The notes beneath the pieces are model-generated. The model had not been told where the DNA came from. It made no database searches and saw only the letters and a list, made by a program, of their open reading frames with translations. From Eledone cirrhosa (taxonomy: Eukaryota): 64,000 nt of DNA. The stretch spans positions 25,854,001 through 25,918,000 of the forward strand of contig OZ024757.1 in assembly GCA_964016885.1 (NCBI GenBank), in the 5' to 3' direction. The translations under genes and the position numbers were made by a program. Numbering within the stretch: position 1 is the first letter of the stretch; each line of letters begins with the position of its first letter. Shown here piece by piece: positions 63,230-64,000 of the stretch.

Positions 63230-64000
63230 ATCATCACCATCACCATCATTACCTTCATCATCCTCCATAGTTATCATTTCCATCATCACTATTACCAATG
63301 CCACTAAGCAACAACACCAACACCATCATCACCACAAATACCATCACCGCCACCACCACCATAACCACCACCATCACTGTCACTATCACCAACAACAACC
63401 ACACTGCCACCAGCATCACTACCATTTTGACCATCAGCAGCACCAACACCACCACCACCATCACCACCAACAACAACAACAACACCACCACCATCACTGC
63501 AACGACAAACACCACTAACAACAACAATACCACCACCATCACCATCGCTGCAACCACCACCAACACCATCACTGCCACCAACAACACCACCACCAACAGC
63601 ACCAAAACCATCACCACAACACCACCACCACCATCAACACCATCACCACCAACTCCACCACCAACACCACTACCACCACCAACACCACTACCACCAACAC
63701 CACCACCATCAACACCACCACCACCAACACCACCACCACCACCACAACACCACCACCACCACCACCACCACCACTACTACCACCACCTCCACTACTACCA
63801 CCACCACTACTACCACCACCATCAACACCACTAACACCAATACCACCACCATCAACACCACCACCACCAACACCACAACACCACCACCACCACCACCACC
63901 ACCACCACTACTACCACCACCACCACCATCACCGCCATCAACACCACTAACACCAATACCACCACCATCAACACCACCACCATCACTACCACCACCAGCA
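63230..64000. repeat. (CCA)/(CAA)n degenerate microsatellite
   Basis: Direct reading of the sequence. Confidence 0.9.

Overview
AT-rich eukaryotic DNA packed with microsatellites and transposon remnants. The SINE, RTE-tail and MITE families resemble those of octopus/coleoid cephalopods (inferred from memory, not a database search). No host protein-coding gene can be called with confidence: almost all long ORFs are triplet or dinucleotide repeat artefacts, and only a few isolated exon-like islands remain. Supported content: two tRNA-derived SINE families, RTE, RTE-X-like and Tx1/L1-like LINE fragments, a nested Helitron, TTAA-flanked piggyBac-like MITEs, hAT-like MITEs with 8-bp and 6-bp TSDs, and many minisatellites, several derived from SINE pieces. 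Two signals stand out. First, about seven minimal type-I hammerhead ribozyme motifs occur with long fold-back palindromes inside (TA)n tracts, as expected for Penelope-like remnants. Second, a ~685-bp internally deleted LINE (56938-57621, minus strand) keeps an atypical 5' HDV-like ribozyme, a 2A/StopGo motif (GDVESNPGP), a PHD-like finger and the 3' zinc-knuckle end.
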